A stretch of 64,000 nucleotides of DNA from Gnetum montanum. Lineage: Eukaryota > Plantae > Gnetophyta. Both the position numbers and the translations under genes were made by a program. The number at the start of each line of letters is the position of its first letter. Positions within the stretch are counted from its first letter, which is position 1. The notes beneath the pieces were generated by a model, which searched no databases, was not told where the DNA came from, and saw nothing but the letters and a program-made list of their open reading frames with translations. The DNA lies in the NCBI GenBank assembly GCA_015680685.1, contig MNCI01000270.1, positions 1,041,902 through 1,105,901 on the forward strand, in the 5' to 3' direction. Below, in pieces: positions 51,184-64,000 of the stretch.

Positions 51184-54100
51184 CTTCTGATTTTGACTTT
51201 GTCCTACTCATGGAAGACTACCAATGAATACTAGAAAACCTTATCTGCAACATGGGTCATGAGGTAAGGATGGACTATGAGGAGCCCCTCTAAAAGAAGC
51301 TAGATGAGTTTAGGTTTAGTCTAAACATGATAATCCATTCCATGCCTCATTTCAATATATAGCCTCTACTTTCATTCCTCCACAATCTCGCAACCCAGTG
51401 TCAGTACCAAAGTCAATGCTTGTGGTGCCAACTTACCAGACATAGTAGATGCACCAATATGTTGCTATGCCTTTTAGCATTCTCTTGAGCATGCCTTTAA
51501 CCATCCCTACATAGTCTGTCTAGCCTATTCAAGTTTCCCAACCTTCTGCAATAGCAATCGTTGTGCCTACGTAACCTTATGTGCACACTATGCACACTCC
51601 TCCCTTGTTGTATGTGACTCAAGCATTGTTCATCCTACTTGTTGTGTTGGCACCTTTTACAATTGCCCAAACCACCAACTAGTGGTGGGGCCAGAGTGTT
51701 GTGTCCATGGCATAGCCCATGCAATAGGCATTGCATGTGGTCATACAACCGAGAGCCAGGTCATGGGCCACCCAGCAACCATAGCAAGTGGCACAACCCA
51801 TGCAACCTACTACAGCCGTGTCTGGCTTAGATCAAGCGTTATAGCTAATCCAAAGCCTTGCTAAAGAGGTCAAGTAGCTCAAGGCTACCTTCTTTAAAGT
51901 TATCCATGTGATAGACTTTTACTAGGATGATCTAATTAGTCTTGTAGTTCCATCACTAGCACTACCTACCAAGGTCTCATTCCCATAGTTCATCAAATAA
52001 AATGGTGAAGGAGATCCTAAAGCCCATATGGTAATCTTCTAGTTAGAATGCCTCCTACAATAGGCATAGCCAAACAACATCATTCATGTGTTCACCATGT
52101 CCCTAACTAGCCAGGCACTATACTTGTACCATGCACTCCCCATGGCCTCCATCACTTCTTTGGAGGAATTGCTCACCCAATTCATCACATGCTTCAAATA
52201 CAACTTGAAGCTTGAGGCTACCCTAGACCAATTGATGCAAGTCAAGCAAGGCCACCTAGAGCCCATGAAAAAATTCATTCAGTGATGAAGTGCATCACTC
52301 AATGAGATTCACAAGCCAATCGTGAAGATACACTTGCTGGCCATCTTTAAAGGTGTAGTGAATGACTTTATCAAGTTGAAACTATATTACCTTGCCTAGT
52401 AGTCCTTAAGCCAAGTGTTTGCTCAAACTAAGAGCATTCAAGATGTGATGAAGCCCATCCAAGATCTGACCTATGTGGCCTACAAGAACCTACATGCAAA
52501 GAAAGAGAAAGAATAAAATAAGGACAAGGGCAAGCAAGCAACCACAACTATTACAACGATGGCCAATGGGGCTAAGTCAACCAATGCCAAAACAATGGCC
52601 AAGACACCCAAGGCTTTGACAAAAAACAACAAGGTAGCTAGCCCTAGCATAGTGGCAAACAACTAGTCTACATCATCGATGACCACGACACCAACTACCA
52701 TAAGGCCTAACTTTGAGCACAAGGATTTCTCAAAGTATACACTATTGGCCATCAAGCAATCAAAGCTGTTGGACCAACTACTTTATGCTAGATGCATCCC
52801 ATATAAGCAAATGTCTTAAGATGCTCATAAGCAATATGACCAATACTATGAGCTCCTTAGAAATCCTTCAGCTGCATTGACTAACAAGCCCCCAATCCTT
52901 AAGCATTTCAAATTGGACTAGTTTTGCTAGTATCACCAACTACAAGTTCATGACATAGACTTTTGCATGGCTTTATAGGATGATATACAATGCATGATTG
53001 ACAAGGATGAGTTGGTCCTTGATGTTACCAACCTAGTGCATCCCCAAAAAAATCAATGAGGGTTTACAATGACCCACTCAACACAAGTGATAGGGTACAT
53101 CATCAATGCTATTAGCATTGATGAATATGTAGAATCGACATGGGAGCCATTCATGGTTCATGTGCCTTCTAGCAACATTGGGGCCTCCTCAACATCAACC
53201 AGTTTGAGAGTCCTATTTGTCATTAGAGCACCACTTTGGATGCCTATAACACTCTTTGTGGTCAAGGCCCCACAACATGTTGCAACAGTAACAACTAAAC
53301 CGCCCCCCCCCCCCCCCCCTTCATCATAAGGTTATTGCAACATGTGGACTCTCTGCCTATTAGAAGTTTGGTGGTCAGCAATGCATCAGCCCTTGCTCAT
53401 CCAAGACCCCTTCCTACAAGTGATGCTAATAAACAAATGAGATGGTAAACTAGGAGGCCTAATGAGCACCTTGTCAAGCAAATTCTTAGGCAAGACAAGG
53501 AGAAAAGGGCATGATCCAACTAACTAATGAGGTTTCCACAACCAGTGACCAACAACAGAGCACTGAGGCTCCAAAGCAAGCAAAATAAGCAAAGCCTAAA
53601 TCTCCTTTGTGAGATATTCATCTCTTGGACCGAATGGAGGAAATGAAGGCCAGCAACAACAATGTAGCAGATAATGGAAAAGACTTCCTTGACACATTAG
53701 CTCAGGTCAAGTTGGTTTTCAAATAGAAAAATACAATGTTTAGCCTATATGACCTAATAATGACTTTCTCCACCCATTGTGAAGTGTTAATGCACATGTT
53801 GATCCCTATTCCTGTCACAGAGGACATCCTAGTGGATGAACAGTCCATTCACACTATGATGCTACCCCCTCCCTCGCAGGAATCGAGTTGAACACCCCTG
53901 GCATTTCTCAATGAGATGATCAAGATGGATCCAAAGAAGGGTCAAGTCATTACTGCACTAATGTTTATCACTATCACATAGGAGAATGTAGGATCCGTAG
54001 GATGCATCTCGATGATGGAGTAGCAACTAATGTCATCCCTTACATAGTGGTTAACAAGCTTGGTCTTGCTAATAAAATTCAATCATCAAAGACAACATGC

Positions 54101-54585
54101 CTAAATTCCTTTAATGGGTCACATGTTGTCATAAGGGGAATTTTCACAATAGCCTTCATGGTAGGGGAGCAATTCCCCACCACTGCTAAATTCATAGTGG
54201 TTAAGGAATTGCCAAGTTTCAACCTAATCTTGGGTAGGCCCTGGTTAACCCAACTACAGGCTATCTCCTTCCCAATCTATCAGGAGATCCACCTTCCATA
54301 TGAAGGTGGAGAGGTTATCATACATAATGACAATGTAGGCACTTTAACCATCAACAACATCAATGCTAAACAAGGGTCATAGGTGGAGTTCCCCATTGAC
54401 ATGCCTCCCATGAAAGAAGAACGTGGAAAATGCAAAGCAGACAAACTCAAGGATCCAACATAAGCTCCCGACCTTTCAGAAGATACTTTGTGGGAAGAAT
54501 TGCCCTTTGACATAGCTCACAAAGGTCAAGGAAAATATTGTATCCTCCTAATCCACACCAGATTAGGAAATAACTACGTGACTAA
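51184..54585 (+). pseudogene. gag: T4 gag (5'-truncated)-protease
   Basis: NGEGDPKAHM, FKYNLKLEATLDQLMQVKQ, MHLDDGVATNVIP, FNLILGRPWL, LRD*. Confidence 0.9.
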
Positions 54586-54859
54586 GGTATGCTCTTGGTC
54601 CACTGGGCACTGAGTCCCTACTTGCCCCACTTCTACACACTTTGTTTGTTTGCATTTTTATTGCATTTTATGTCAACTTGGTTGTTAGCATTTTTGCATA
54701 ATTTTCCTTTATGCATTTATTTCTTCTGCTTGTGCAATTTTACTAAGTTTACATTTTTTCTTAATTACTTTTTGGCAATTAGTTTACACATAAAAAATAG
54801 TAAAATGCATAAAAATCATAAAATTCAAAAATTACAAAACATCACGACTCACGAAGGCC

Positions 54860-55150
54860 TAAAACTCATAATCTTTCCTTCCTTAACGCATGGCCTAGAA
54901 TGGCCCAAAACTACTAAGCATGGCCCTTCATGGCCCTAAACTAACATCGCAAGACCCGCAAGGCCCACCATGGCCCTAAACTAACATTGCAAGGCCTACC
55001 ATGGCCTAAAACTAGCAAAGCCTTTCCATTACCACATGGCCTAAAATAGCCTTAAAGTATCACTGGGGTCTGGAATGGCCTAAACTTATCAAAATGCTGT
55101 CTATGTAGATTGCCCGAAATGGCATAAAACTAGTAATCACTATAGCCTAA
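54860..55150. repeat. GGCC(C/T)TAAACTA tandem repeats after the T4 protease stop
   Basis: Reverse complement of the T1/T3 arrays. Confidence 0.8.
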
Positions 55151-55341
55151 TCATAACAACTCATCACAACACTAGCATCACTAACACAAAGCAAATAAAT
55201 ACAAAAATCCACTTTTCATACATTCCACATAGTAAAAATCCACTACATCTCATGGAAAAATAGTACATGTCATCCGCATGACATAGTAAAAATACACAAA
55301 AATACATAAATGCCCAATGACAAGGTTACATTAGGATCTAC

Positions 55342-58300
55342 TTAACTAATCATGCTAGGTGGGGGTGGAGGCTTCCCTTCTTTTGATGTGCTGCTAGGGC
55401 CTGCAACATTGCCTAGTGCCTATCAACAACAACAACAACAAAAACACAAAATTGTAAGCAAATGTACAATATACAACTAATAAAAAAAGCATAAAAAAGA
55501 AACATAATGATCTAACTTGAGTGAGTCCAGCATCGGCCATGTCTAGAGGTATGCTATCAAGGCCCTCCTCCAAGCATCAAAGGATCTTAACCTCTAATAG
55601 CTGCATTTAGTCCTCCTGGTCGAAGTCAACACTCACAAGCATCTTATCTTCATTCATGGTGGTCCATGTAGGTAGTTTCATAGGAAAGGTGGTAGAAGAG
55701 GCCTCCCCTAAGGGCATAGAAATATTCCACTCTGGAGAACCACTAACTGCTATGTGCGGAGAAAATATCTCAAAATCCTGACTCCTGCCAATCACCTTAA
55801 TGAACAACTGAAGGTGGTGGGCTTTGATAGACTCTTCTTTGAGTTGCTATAGATACATGTCTCTTTCATGCTTATAGTGGAATCTGTGGTCTTTCTACAT
55901 GTGCCTCCATTTACACACCTTAGCACTAAAACTCTTCCACTCATGGCCCTTCTAGGAAAGCAAATCCATCTATACCCTCTACTCGATGATCTCTCAGGTG
56001 GCCTCATTTTTGCCCTAGATCATCAACCAATACCTAGCATAATCGATCTCTATGTTTTTCCAAGTACTATCTCTCTATGCCCAAGCTAACAAGAGATCAT
56101 ATCAAGATTGGAGGTCCTCATTCTTCATGTTCACTTTAGGAGGGTACCTATAGTTAGCTCACCACTGTCTCCTAAAGCTCATGCACACATTTCTATAGGT
56201 GCTTGTTTGAGTGCCTATAGGTCAATAACGCTTTGGCATTGGAGAGAGTGCACTTGCTAAATACCTCATACACACAATGAGGCACTTGCTCCACTTTAGG
56301 AGGGTACTCAAGGACAACATCAACCTTCGCCACCTGGTTCAAATCCTAATAGAGCTTAGAACCTGTTGGCATGTGATAAGAAAATCAACATTATCCATAG
56401 ACTAAGCATAAAATTAGTAAAGAAACCTAAGAAAAAACAACAACACACATACCAAGCTTAGGATCTTCCTATTATATGCAATCTACCATGTCCTTAATAA
56501 TGCCTTCCATGAAGGAAAACTTGTCTAGTTTCTCTACCCACAGCTCCATTTGGTAGGTAGGCATGGGTGGTGGACCACTAGTAGGTTCATCTATGGCTGC
56601 ATAACAACAATACTTAGCAACAAATAAATAGCCAAATATGTAAGAGTGAAAGAGCAAAAATAGATGACAACTTAAAGTGCTTACTAAGCAAGCTCTTAGG
56701 TGTGAGTGCAGGGGGATCTTCTAGATGCACACCATCAAAGGAGCGAGCAAAATGATCCATGTTAGGGTGGAATGGCCCCTATGCATCAAGCTTCTAGAAG
56801 GTCTCCATGGCCTCATGTAGCTCCTCTTAGTGTGCCTCCTCCTCATTAACCTAAGGAGGGGCCATCTTTGCTACTATCATTGCTACTGCTTTGGTAGCCC
56901 TCTCACCTATCTCACAAACATAGCATCATAGTATTATCATAACATAATAAGAAAACATAAAAATTATAAACATAGAAAATTTAATAATGAATGCATTTAT
57001 ACATTAACTAACTTGCAACATCTATGCACAAAGTGGATATCTTGAGGTGGATTTTCTTGGTGCCTGGCTGTCCAACCACAGGGGAAACCTCCTCTGCCAA
57101 GCATGGCCTCTTGATTTTTACCTTGGAAGGTCTTACCATTTCTGTAATATAATGGTTGGCCTTTTTTGCATCCCTAACAATAATTGGGGGATACTCACCC
57201 ACATTGTCATGAGAATAATGTGATCATGACTGTCCCAGATGAAATTTGGTCATAACTAAGTATAACTCATCAATCCTCTTAAGGGGATCCTACATGTGAG
57301 TGGTTACAAATAGGTGCCTAACCCAAGGCTTGAACAGCCATTCATAATCTTGCACTACCCACTACCCATTGTCTCAGACCACTAGAAACTCCACGAACCT
57401 TCACATATGCACTACAAAGAATGCAAAGTGCACATGAGACCTCACTTGGAGGTTGTAGCGAAGTCTGGTGATCTTTGCTTGCAATTTAGTGACAAGGAAG
57501 GAGGCCTAGTTGAACCTCATGCTCTTCACTAGTACCTTCTTTATCACTCATGCATGCTCCACCCCAAGGATCTTTTCCTAGAAGAGCAACTTTCAAAAGG
57601 CATGGACACAAAAAAGAGGGTAGATTTCCCAGACCAAAGACACATGCACATCTCTAATTATGATGCCTTTATGAGATCAGGTGGTTTCCAACCATTCCTC
57701 AATCTCTCCTTTGCAATCCACCTCTCTACTAGTCTTTTCAATGACCAATAGGCCCTCAGAGAGGAGGCCAAAGAGGTTAGCAAAAAAGGCATCACAGAGG
57801 TCCAAGACTACCATTACTCCGTGCATGCAGGTGACAAAGTGATGGGCATCACTACTAAAGGAGTCAATAATGGTGATCATCTCAGCCACTATAATTCTTA
57901 GGATAAGGACCAAGAAAAGGTCCATCAATCAAGCACATGTGATTTGATTGGTCAATGCCTCCAAGGCCTGATGACATAACCAATGTTATGCCCCCTCTAC
58001 ATCACCATATTTCATAATGAGGATGGCCTCACTATGGCCTCTGGTGACCACCGTCACCTCTCCTAAAGTAATTGTCACTATAACATAGGAAAAATTAACA
58101 TTAGCACTATGCAAGGGTAAATTAATGAGTGCATGTGAGTAAGCTTAAAAATTGAATAAGTGATTACGCAGAAAAAAAGGTGTGCATGATGGAGGTGCGG
58201 TGCAACTGGCTCCTCAATGTTGGTTTCACCACTAGCCCACCCCTCATCAAGCCAATTTTAGGTCCTACACTACTCAAATGCCTTCAAGTACCAGGTAGGA

Positions 58301-60761
58301 CAACTCTTTAGGTCCTCTCCCACCTACTCAATTACGATCTTCCAAAAGTTTGAACTAGAAGAGAACATCTCTAAGGTGATGAGGGTCAAGGCAAGAGCCT
58401 TTGGTTCATCATGGAGCCCTTAGTCATCAACTTTAAATATAGCATCAAGCATGAGCAATTAACAATTAACAAACTTAGCATGGGCCAATAATAAGAGAAG
58501 GAAAAATCATGGAAGCACTTACCCTCCAATGTAGTACACAATTCTAGGTTGGTTCTAGAATAGGGTATGTATGCATAGAGCAACAAAGAGGGTGTTTCTC
58601 TTTTTGTAACAAGAGAACTTCGGCATTCCCCAAATCTTGGATAAGGGGTGAGTGCCCCTAGGGCTTCATGTCAAACCACCTAATTTTTCATCACTGGTCA
58701 TGGGCTCATCAAACATGAACCTCAATATGTCTCGATTGGCCTTGGGCAATAATGTCTTGATGATGGCACCCACAACCTCTGTTACTAAGTGTGACCACAT
58801 AATCATACTACAGTGCTATAGTAGGAATGCTAGGAACTGAGATGCCCTAGATTGAAACCATACTACATGACGACCCAACTTCATATCTGATGCAGGTGTG
58901 TTGGGCATAGGCTCACTCATGCAGCAAAGGATGCCAACAAGCTCCACAATGACTAAGATTGGCTTTAGCAACACTCTATGATCACAAAAGCAACAAACAT
59001 AGCATTATTATAAAATATAGGCATTTTTGCAAAAGAAAATACATTAATTTACACTAGCACAAATTAGCATGGTATAGCATAACTTAGAAAAAATACCCTA
59101 GGATCGCCTAGGCCCCATGGGTATAGGATGTCAATGTCCACATTTGATGTGCTTGTACTCATTGCGATAAAGCATGTTTTCATAACATTAATATCTCATT
59201 TTGTATGTTCACATGTTTGGCATTATACTCTGCATGTTTTGGCAATACAACATTATCATTTTGCATCTCACAAGCTTAACATCTATGCATAAAATCTTCC
59301 AAAATCTTTCTAACTTTAGGCAATGTAGTCCAGAAAATTTCAAAAAAAATTCTAACTTTAGGCTAATTCTAGGAGCATAGTCCAAAATTGTGAAAATTTT
59401 ATAATTGTTGGCTATGCTCCCTAGGAGGATAGCCCTAAAAAACTTTGAAGATTCTTCAAACACATTCTAACCACTAGCTATGCTCCCAGGGAGCATAGCC
59501 CCAAATTTTCAGAAAAGTTTCTAACTATTGGCTACATTTCCAAGGAGCGTAGCCCCAAAAATTTAAAATTTTTCAAAAAAAAAAATCAACTATCTGATGT
59601 CATGCTACATGCACCCTGCACTTCCTATCATCATGCACTCAATGCCTACCATGGTTATTTTGATGGCACTATTGCAAAGCACACCACTAGCCCTTCCCAA
59701 CCAATGAAATGCAGGGAATGCATCCTTGGGTGCAATCCTTCCCCTATTAGCCCCTGTCATGCTAGGGGTACAAAGCCCTCATGTCCCCCACGATCACCCT
59801 TGAAAACATACACAAAAAATGGGGGGATGATCCCTGTCACAACTCTTCCCTGCCACAAGCCATGCTAGCCACCCCTCCTACTTTTTTTCCTACCCTCACC
59901 CCATAGTTAATGCAAAAGAAAAAATTTTCCTCAAATCCTTTGTCATGTGCCATGCCTTGTGATCCATGGCCAAATCCTCATCCCTACCTTGTGCAAGCAA
60001 GGTATCAAAAATCAAAAAATAAAGGAAAAATCACAAGCTATGATAGCACTCCTTGTGCCTATTCTCTTTAGGCGGTGGCACCAAGGCACTATGAAAACCC
60101 TAATCTCTCACCCTAAGCACCCTAGGAATAAAAAGAGATGAAAAATTTCCTATAGGCCTATGGCTTTTTCTCCTATAGCCACTCCAACTGCTGTAGTGGC
60201 TACAATTGGTACAACCCAAACCCCCTACCCCATGCATGCCACTGTGTAACTAAATTTTTATCTCTAAGATAAAAAAAATAAAACATAGTCAAGAACAAGC
60301 CTACTACCTCTCCTTCCCACAACTATTACTATAGCTAAACTTCATGCCTTGCCCACTCAAAACCCTCACCACCATGCACTCCCCCCTTTCCATGCAACTG
60401 TGATGACCATGGTGGGAACGACCCCTACCACAATAGGACACCACTAGAAAATTCCAAACCCCACACACAAAGATACAACCTCTATGACATAGCTTACCAC
60501 CTCATGGCCATGGAAACCATAGCCACCGCCATAGTGTGCCATAAAAAACTTAAGATCCAAAACTCATGAAAAATTCCTAAGTGCAAAAGGCAAGCAAGCA
60601 ACACAAAAACAACGAAAAAGGGGGTGAGTGTAGTCAAGGTACCTAGTGGTTGGTGGTGCCCTTCACTCTTTTATGCATGCCTATAGCAAGCATCCTAAGA
60701 CTCACTCCCTCTCATCCATGTTAGCTAGGCCAAGGTTCAAACATCCACTTTGGTATGATAT
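55342..60761 (-). pseudogene. T4 copy of the multi-exon antisense gene (divergent)
   Basis: Exon 2 LLKPILVIVELVGILCC..WSHL..LSKIW..NTLFVA; exon 4 MDLFLVL..IDSF..FANLFGL.SEGL; exon 6 LDKFSFMEGI; exon 7 SVDFDQED; introns at the same positions. Confidence 0.8.
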
Positions 60762-62250
60762 TCTGGTAGCTACACTCTTGCAATCACGCTATGCTCTAGA
60801 AAGTTCATTTTCACCTTTGACAAAGACAAATTTACTAAGGGTAAAACATACTTTTATACCCTTGGGAACCACATAAATTTTTACCTACTTAGGACTATGC
60901 TCAATAGTGCTGAGTGTAGTTGGGTGTAAGCATAGTCACTAAAGTTAGAAAAGTTCTTGATTTTTTTAGTTGTCTCTGGATTTTAAAAAATTTTAAATTT
61001 TTCTTATTGCCCAGTGAGTGTCCAAGCTAGTTTTGCTTTTCCAATGCACCAAACCTTATTCCAATAATGCATTTAGCACATCTAGCTATCTACTATGACA
61101 TTAAACTAACATCCAATAATTTTTTTAAGACCTTAAACTAGCATTCCCATGGCTTGCTGATGCTCAAAATTGGCTCATGCATCCCTTGCCTATAGAATCA
61201 TGATTACATATTTAGGAAAAATTTTATCGCATTTTTTTCTTTAATTATGCATATTACCCTCATTAAGATATGAGCTAATTCACTAGGATATGAGCATATT
61301 GTCCATCCATAATCACATTATCCATTCTGCTCCTTGCATAGCTGCTTTAACGTTGCTCCATTCCAAGTTTTTGCTCCAGATCCATTCCGTTGTTGTNCTG
61401 CTCCATTCCAAGTTTTTGCTCCAAATCCATTCCGTTGTTGTATGATTGCCATCTGCACACACAACACAATCATATATTAGCAAGGGTAATTGAATCATCA
61501 AGTAAATAATACCTTGCTTCGGTGTAAGTCCATTGGCTAGGTTGTGGTATGGCTGATATGGATCTGGGAAAATGTAGATGATGACTACCGAAGGTGTAGG
61601 GGTGAAGAAGAAAAACGAAAAAATTTGGGGCTTAGGAGAAAAATTGAAAAAGCAGGCCCCATACCCCCATGACTAATCACGAACCTCTGATAGCGTTAGA
61701 ATGCAGAAAGAAAAGGAGTAGGAAAGATAGGTGAAAAGGGACAACTATGGCATCAGTGAAGTGGATGTCAAGATGGAAATGAACAAAAATAAAATTAATT
61801 GCAAAATGTTAAGGAAAAGAAGTTAACTAATGTTCCAAATAGGAATGTCAGTGCGTCCTCCCCAAAGCAGGCTCATGCCTTTAATGCCCTGAAAATCCCA
61901 CATTCAAAGAGTCCGTAGGCTCCGGGAATGCCCTTTGGAACAAGAGTTAAAGTCTTAACCGCAAGAATTTACCAAAAAGAAAACAATGCATCAACAAAAA
62001 TATATACACTAATGATTTAACCGGCAATGAGGTGAACAATGGAGAGAAGGATGGAAAGAAGATGGTGGAATGGAATTCCAAGGACAAGGTGGCGTACAGC
62101 CCCGTGTGTGTTGTATGATTAATGCAACTTGGCAAATCTCATTCCAACTCCGGCTCAAACCAACCACTTCCAATGACTTTGCATCAATGCATTTGGCTAA
62201 ATCATCCACTTGGATAACAAGGATGCATCTTCAAAGAGCCACCACCATTC

Positions 62251-62588
62251 NNNNNNNNNNNNNNNNNNNNNNNNNNNNNNNNNNNNNNNNNNNNNNNNNN
62301 NNNNNNNNNNNNNNNNNNNNNNNNNNNNNNNNNNNNNNNNNNNNNNNNNNNNNNNNNNNNNNNNNNNNNNNNNNNNNNNNNNNNNNNNNNNNNNNNNNNN
62401 NNNNNNNNNNNNNNNNNNNNNNNNNNNNNNNNNNNNNNNNNNNNNNNNNNNNNNNNNNNNNNNNNNNNNNNNNNNNNNNNNNNNNNNNNNNNNNNNNNNN
62501 NNNNNNNNNNNNNNNNNNNNNNNNNNNNNNNNNNNNNNNNNNNNNNNNNNNNNNNNNNNNNNNNNNNNNNNNNNNNNNNNNNNNNNNN
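62251..62588. other. Assembly gap (N run)
   Basis: 338 N. Confidence 1.
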
Positions 62589-62994
62589 CAAACATTAGCA
62601 ATTAATGAAAAACAGTTCATCCCATTGGTCTAAACACTTATTGGGTGATGAACTTACAAGGTGGAAACACACACACACACACACACAAAATAGAAAAGTA
62701 TAACGATGTTGTAAAACAAAAACAAGAAAAGTTAAAGAAATTTGTAAAACAAAAATGTTGTAAAACAAAAATGTGTAAAAAAAAACTGAAAAAGAACTGA
62801 GGGCCCCATATGGTTAGCATAGGTGGCCATCTCCCCAATGACTAAGTTGTAAGGGAGAGATCCGAAATAGTACCTGAATTTCTTAGAAGTGCCCAACTTC
62901 TCCCAATTGATGATCTTAGATTCAAGGGTGGAAGTTGATGACGCTCACGTTCCAATGCATCTATGCCACGGTTGTTGGCATGAGTTTCCTCAGT

Positions 62995-63999
62995 TCATTC
63001 CATGCATATTTTCCTGCTTCTACGAGAAGCTGTCAACCACGGGGTGTCTACTACTTCTTGTGTGGTTGCTACATACAGGCATCTTTGTTGCAAAGTTTCT
63101 TGGGCACACCTATTACATGGAGAAATTTCCTCCATGTCATCACCCGATGAATCACTATATGTGATGCATGCAACTATCCTCTTCTCAATCTTTCCACGTA
63201 TGTTCATCTTAGAGATTTCCAAGGAAAGATCACGGATCCTAAGGCATGCGTCTACTGTGCTTAGCCATGCCCTTCCCATTATAATGGGGAAGTCCCCTTC
63301 GTTGTTTTTTACTTCAATCACCAGAAAGTCAACTGGGTAGGACCAATCACACACAGTGGTAATAACATCCTCCACCAATCCTAAGGGAATGGTGATGGAC
63401 TGGTCTGCCAGCTCCAGTTGGATGTTTCTCTTCTTAAGTTGTGGCAGGTTCCAGGTGTGATACATCTTTTGTGAAATTAAGTTGACTCTGGAACCTGCGT
63501 CAAGAAGAGCCCGATGAAGTGCATTTCCAGTGATCTGCAAATAAATAAAGCGACTCCTAGGGTCAGTTAGTTTCCTGGGAAGGTGGCCTACCTTAATCCA
63601 GTCAGTTACGGTATGTGTTAACATAACCGTATGCGTTACACTCCTTTGGACTGAAGGGTTCTCCGAAGCATTAGTGGTTAGAGGCCTATACATGTACCCG
63701 TCCACTTGTTGTTGCAAGAGTTTGTCTAGGCTCCTAGTTCTGAAAAAATGTCTCTTCTTTGTACAGTTGTCGCCAGAACTAGTACCCAGTTGGATATTTA
63801 CACTCTGAATATTTACAGCTCTCGCGGCGTTACGTTGCTGTGGTTGGGTAGGCAATTCCCCCTGCATTATTGGAATAGGTTGTATGGGAACTACAGGAGG
63901 AAGAGGTGCGGGTGGAGTTAGAGAATGGACTGAATGTGAGATGTCTCCCGGAGGAGAAGGAGTCCTTCTGAAGTACTCCTGAGCTTGGTAGTGACGTTC
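62995..63999 (-). CDS. Open gag C-terminus/aspartic protease ORF (continues beyond the window)
   Basis: No stops from 63999 to 62995; ALLDAGSRVNL, LELADQS...PLGLVEDV, PVDFLVI, PIIMGRAWL. Confidence 0.85.
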   Translation of the reverse strand, partial: ERHYQAQEYFRRTPSPPGDISHSVHSLTPPAPLPPVVPIQPIPIMQGELPTQPQQRNAARAVNIQSVNIQLGTSSGDNCTKKRHFFRTRSLDKLLQQQVDGYMYRPLTTNASENPSVQRSVTHTVMLTHTVTDWIKVGHLPRKLTDPRSRFIYLQITGNALHRALLDAGSRVNLISQKMYHTWNLPQLKKRNIQLELADQSITIPLGLVEDVITTVCDWSYPVDFLVIEVKNNEGDFPIIMGRAWLSTVDACLRIRDLSLEISKMNIRGKIEKRIVACITYSDSSGDDMEEISPCNRCAQETLQQRCLYVATTQEVVDTPWLTASRRSRKICME

Positions 64000-64000
64000 G

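Larger units (their letters stand above)
51184..61240 (+). mobile_element. Tat-like copy T4 (divergent subfamily): partial gag, protease and antisense gene; ends before RT
   Basis: Same module order as T1/T3 but on the opposite strand. Confidence 0.85.
61250..64000 (-). mobile_element. Young Athila-like element lacking RT/RH/INT (non-autonomous derivative); partial and spanning an assembly gap
   Basis: Protease region homologous to 24100-24750. The post-integrase motif GGCCATCTCCCC..ACTAAGTTG (62825 vs 20970) follows ~150 bp after the ORF stop. CpGs retained. Confidence 0.7.

Noticed and set aside
61354-61441. 43-bp tandem duplication
   Set aside because: It flanks a single N (61397); likely a contig-overlap artefact.
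62070-62633. Long ORFs in the track
   Set aside because: They are open only because of the N gap.

Overview
This is plant-type, repeat-only DNA with heavy CpG/CHG transition damage and no host gene. It is a nest of degenerate Ty3/gypsy LTR retrotransposons. (1) There are four copies of a Tat-like (OTA clade) family. T1 (2295-19993, minus) is nearly complete. T2 (29624-36049, minus) is the 3' half. T3 (37505-51183, minus) is the 5' two-thirds. T4 (51184-~61240, plus) is probably continuous with the plus-strand LTR at 36050. Orphan LTR pieces are also present. The family has a tRNA-Asn PBS, an AAAGAGGGGC-type PPT and an extra archaeal-type RNase H. (2) There is one Athila-like element (20528-~28300, minus, tRNA-Asp PBS). 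(3) There is a young Athila-like derivative with an open gag-protease ORF but no RT/RH/INT (~61250-64000). Main discovery: in the Tat-like family, gag-protease and RT-RH-aRH-INT are separated by ~5.7 kb. This spacer holds an antisense gene of 8 exons and 7 introns (~1070 aa when reconstructed) with its own TATA box, seen in three full copies and one partial copy. By eye, its product has a catalytically altered NIF/FCP1-like HAD phosphatase domain, a plant-mobile-domain/Transposase_32-like domain, an acidic tract and a coiled coil. All domain calls are manual motif recognition and need HMM or structure confirmation.
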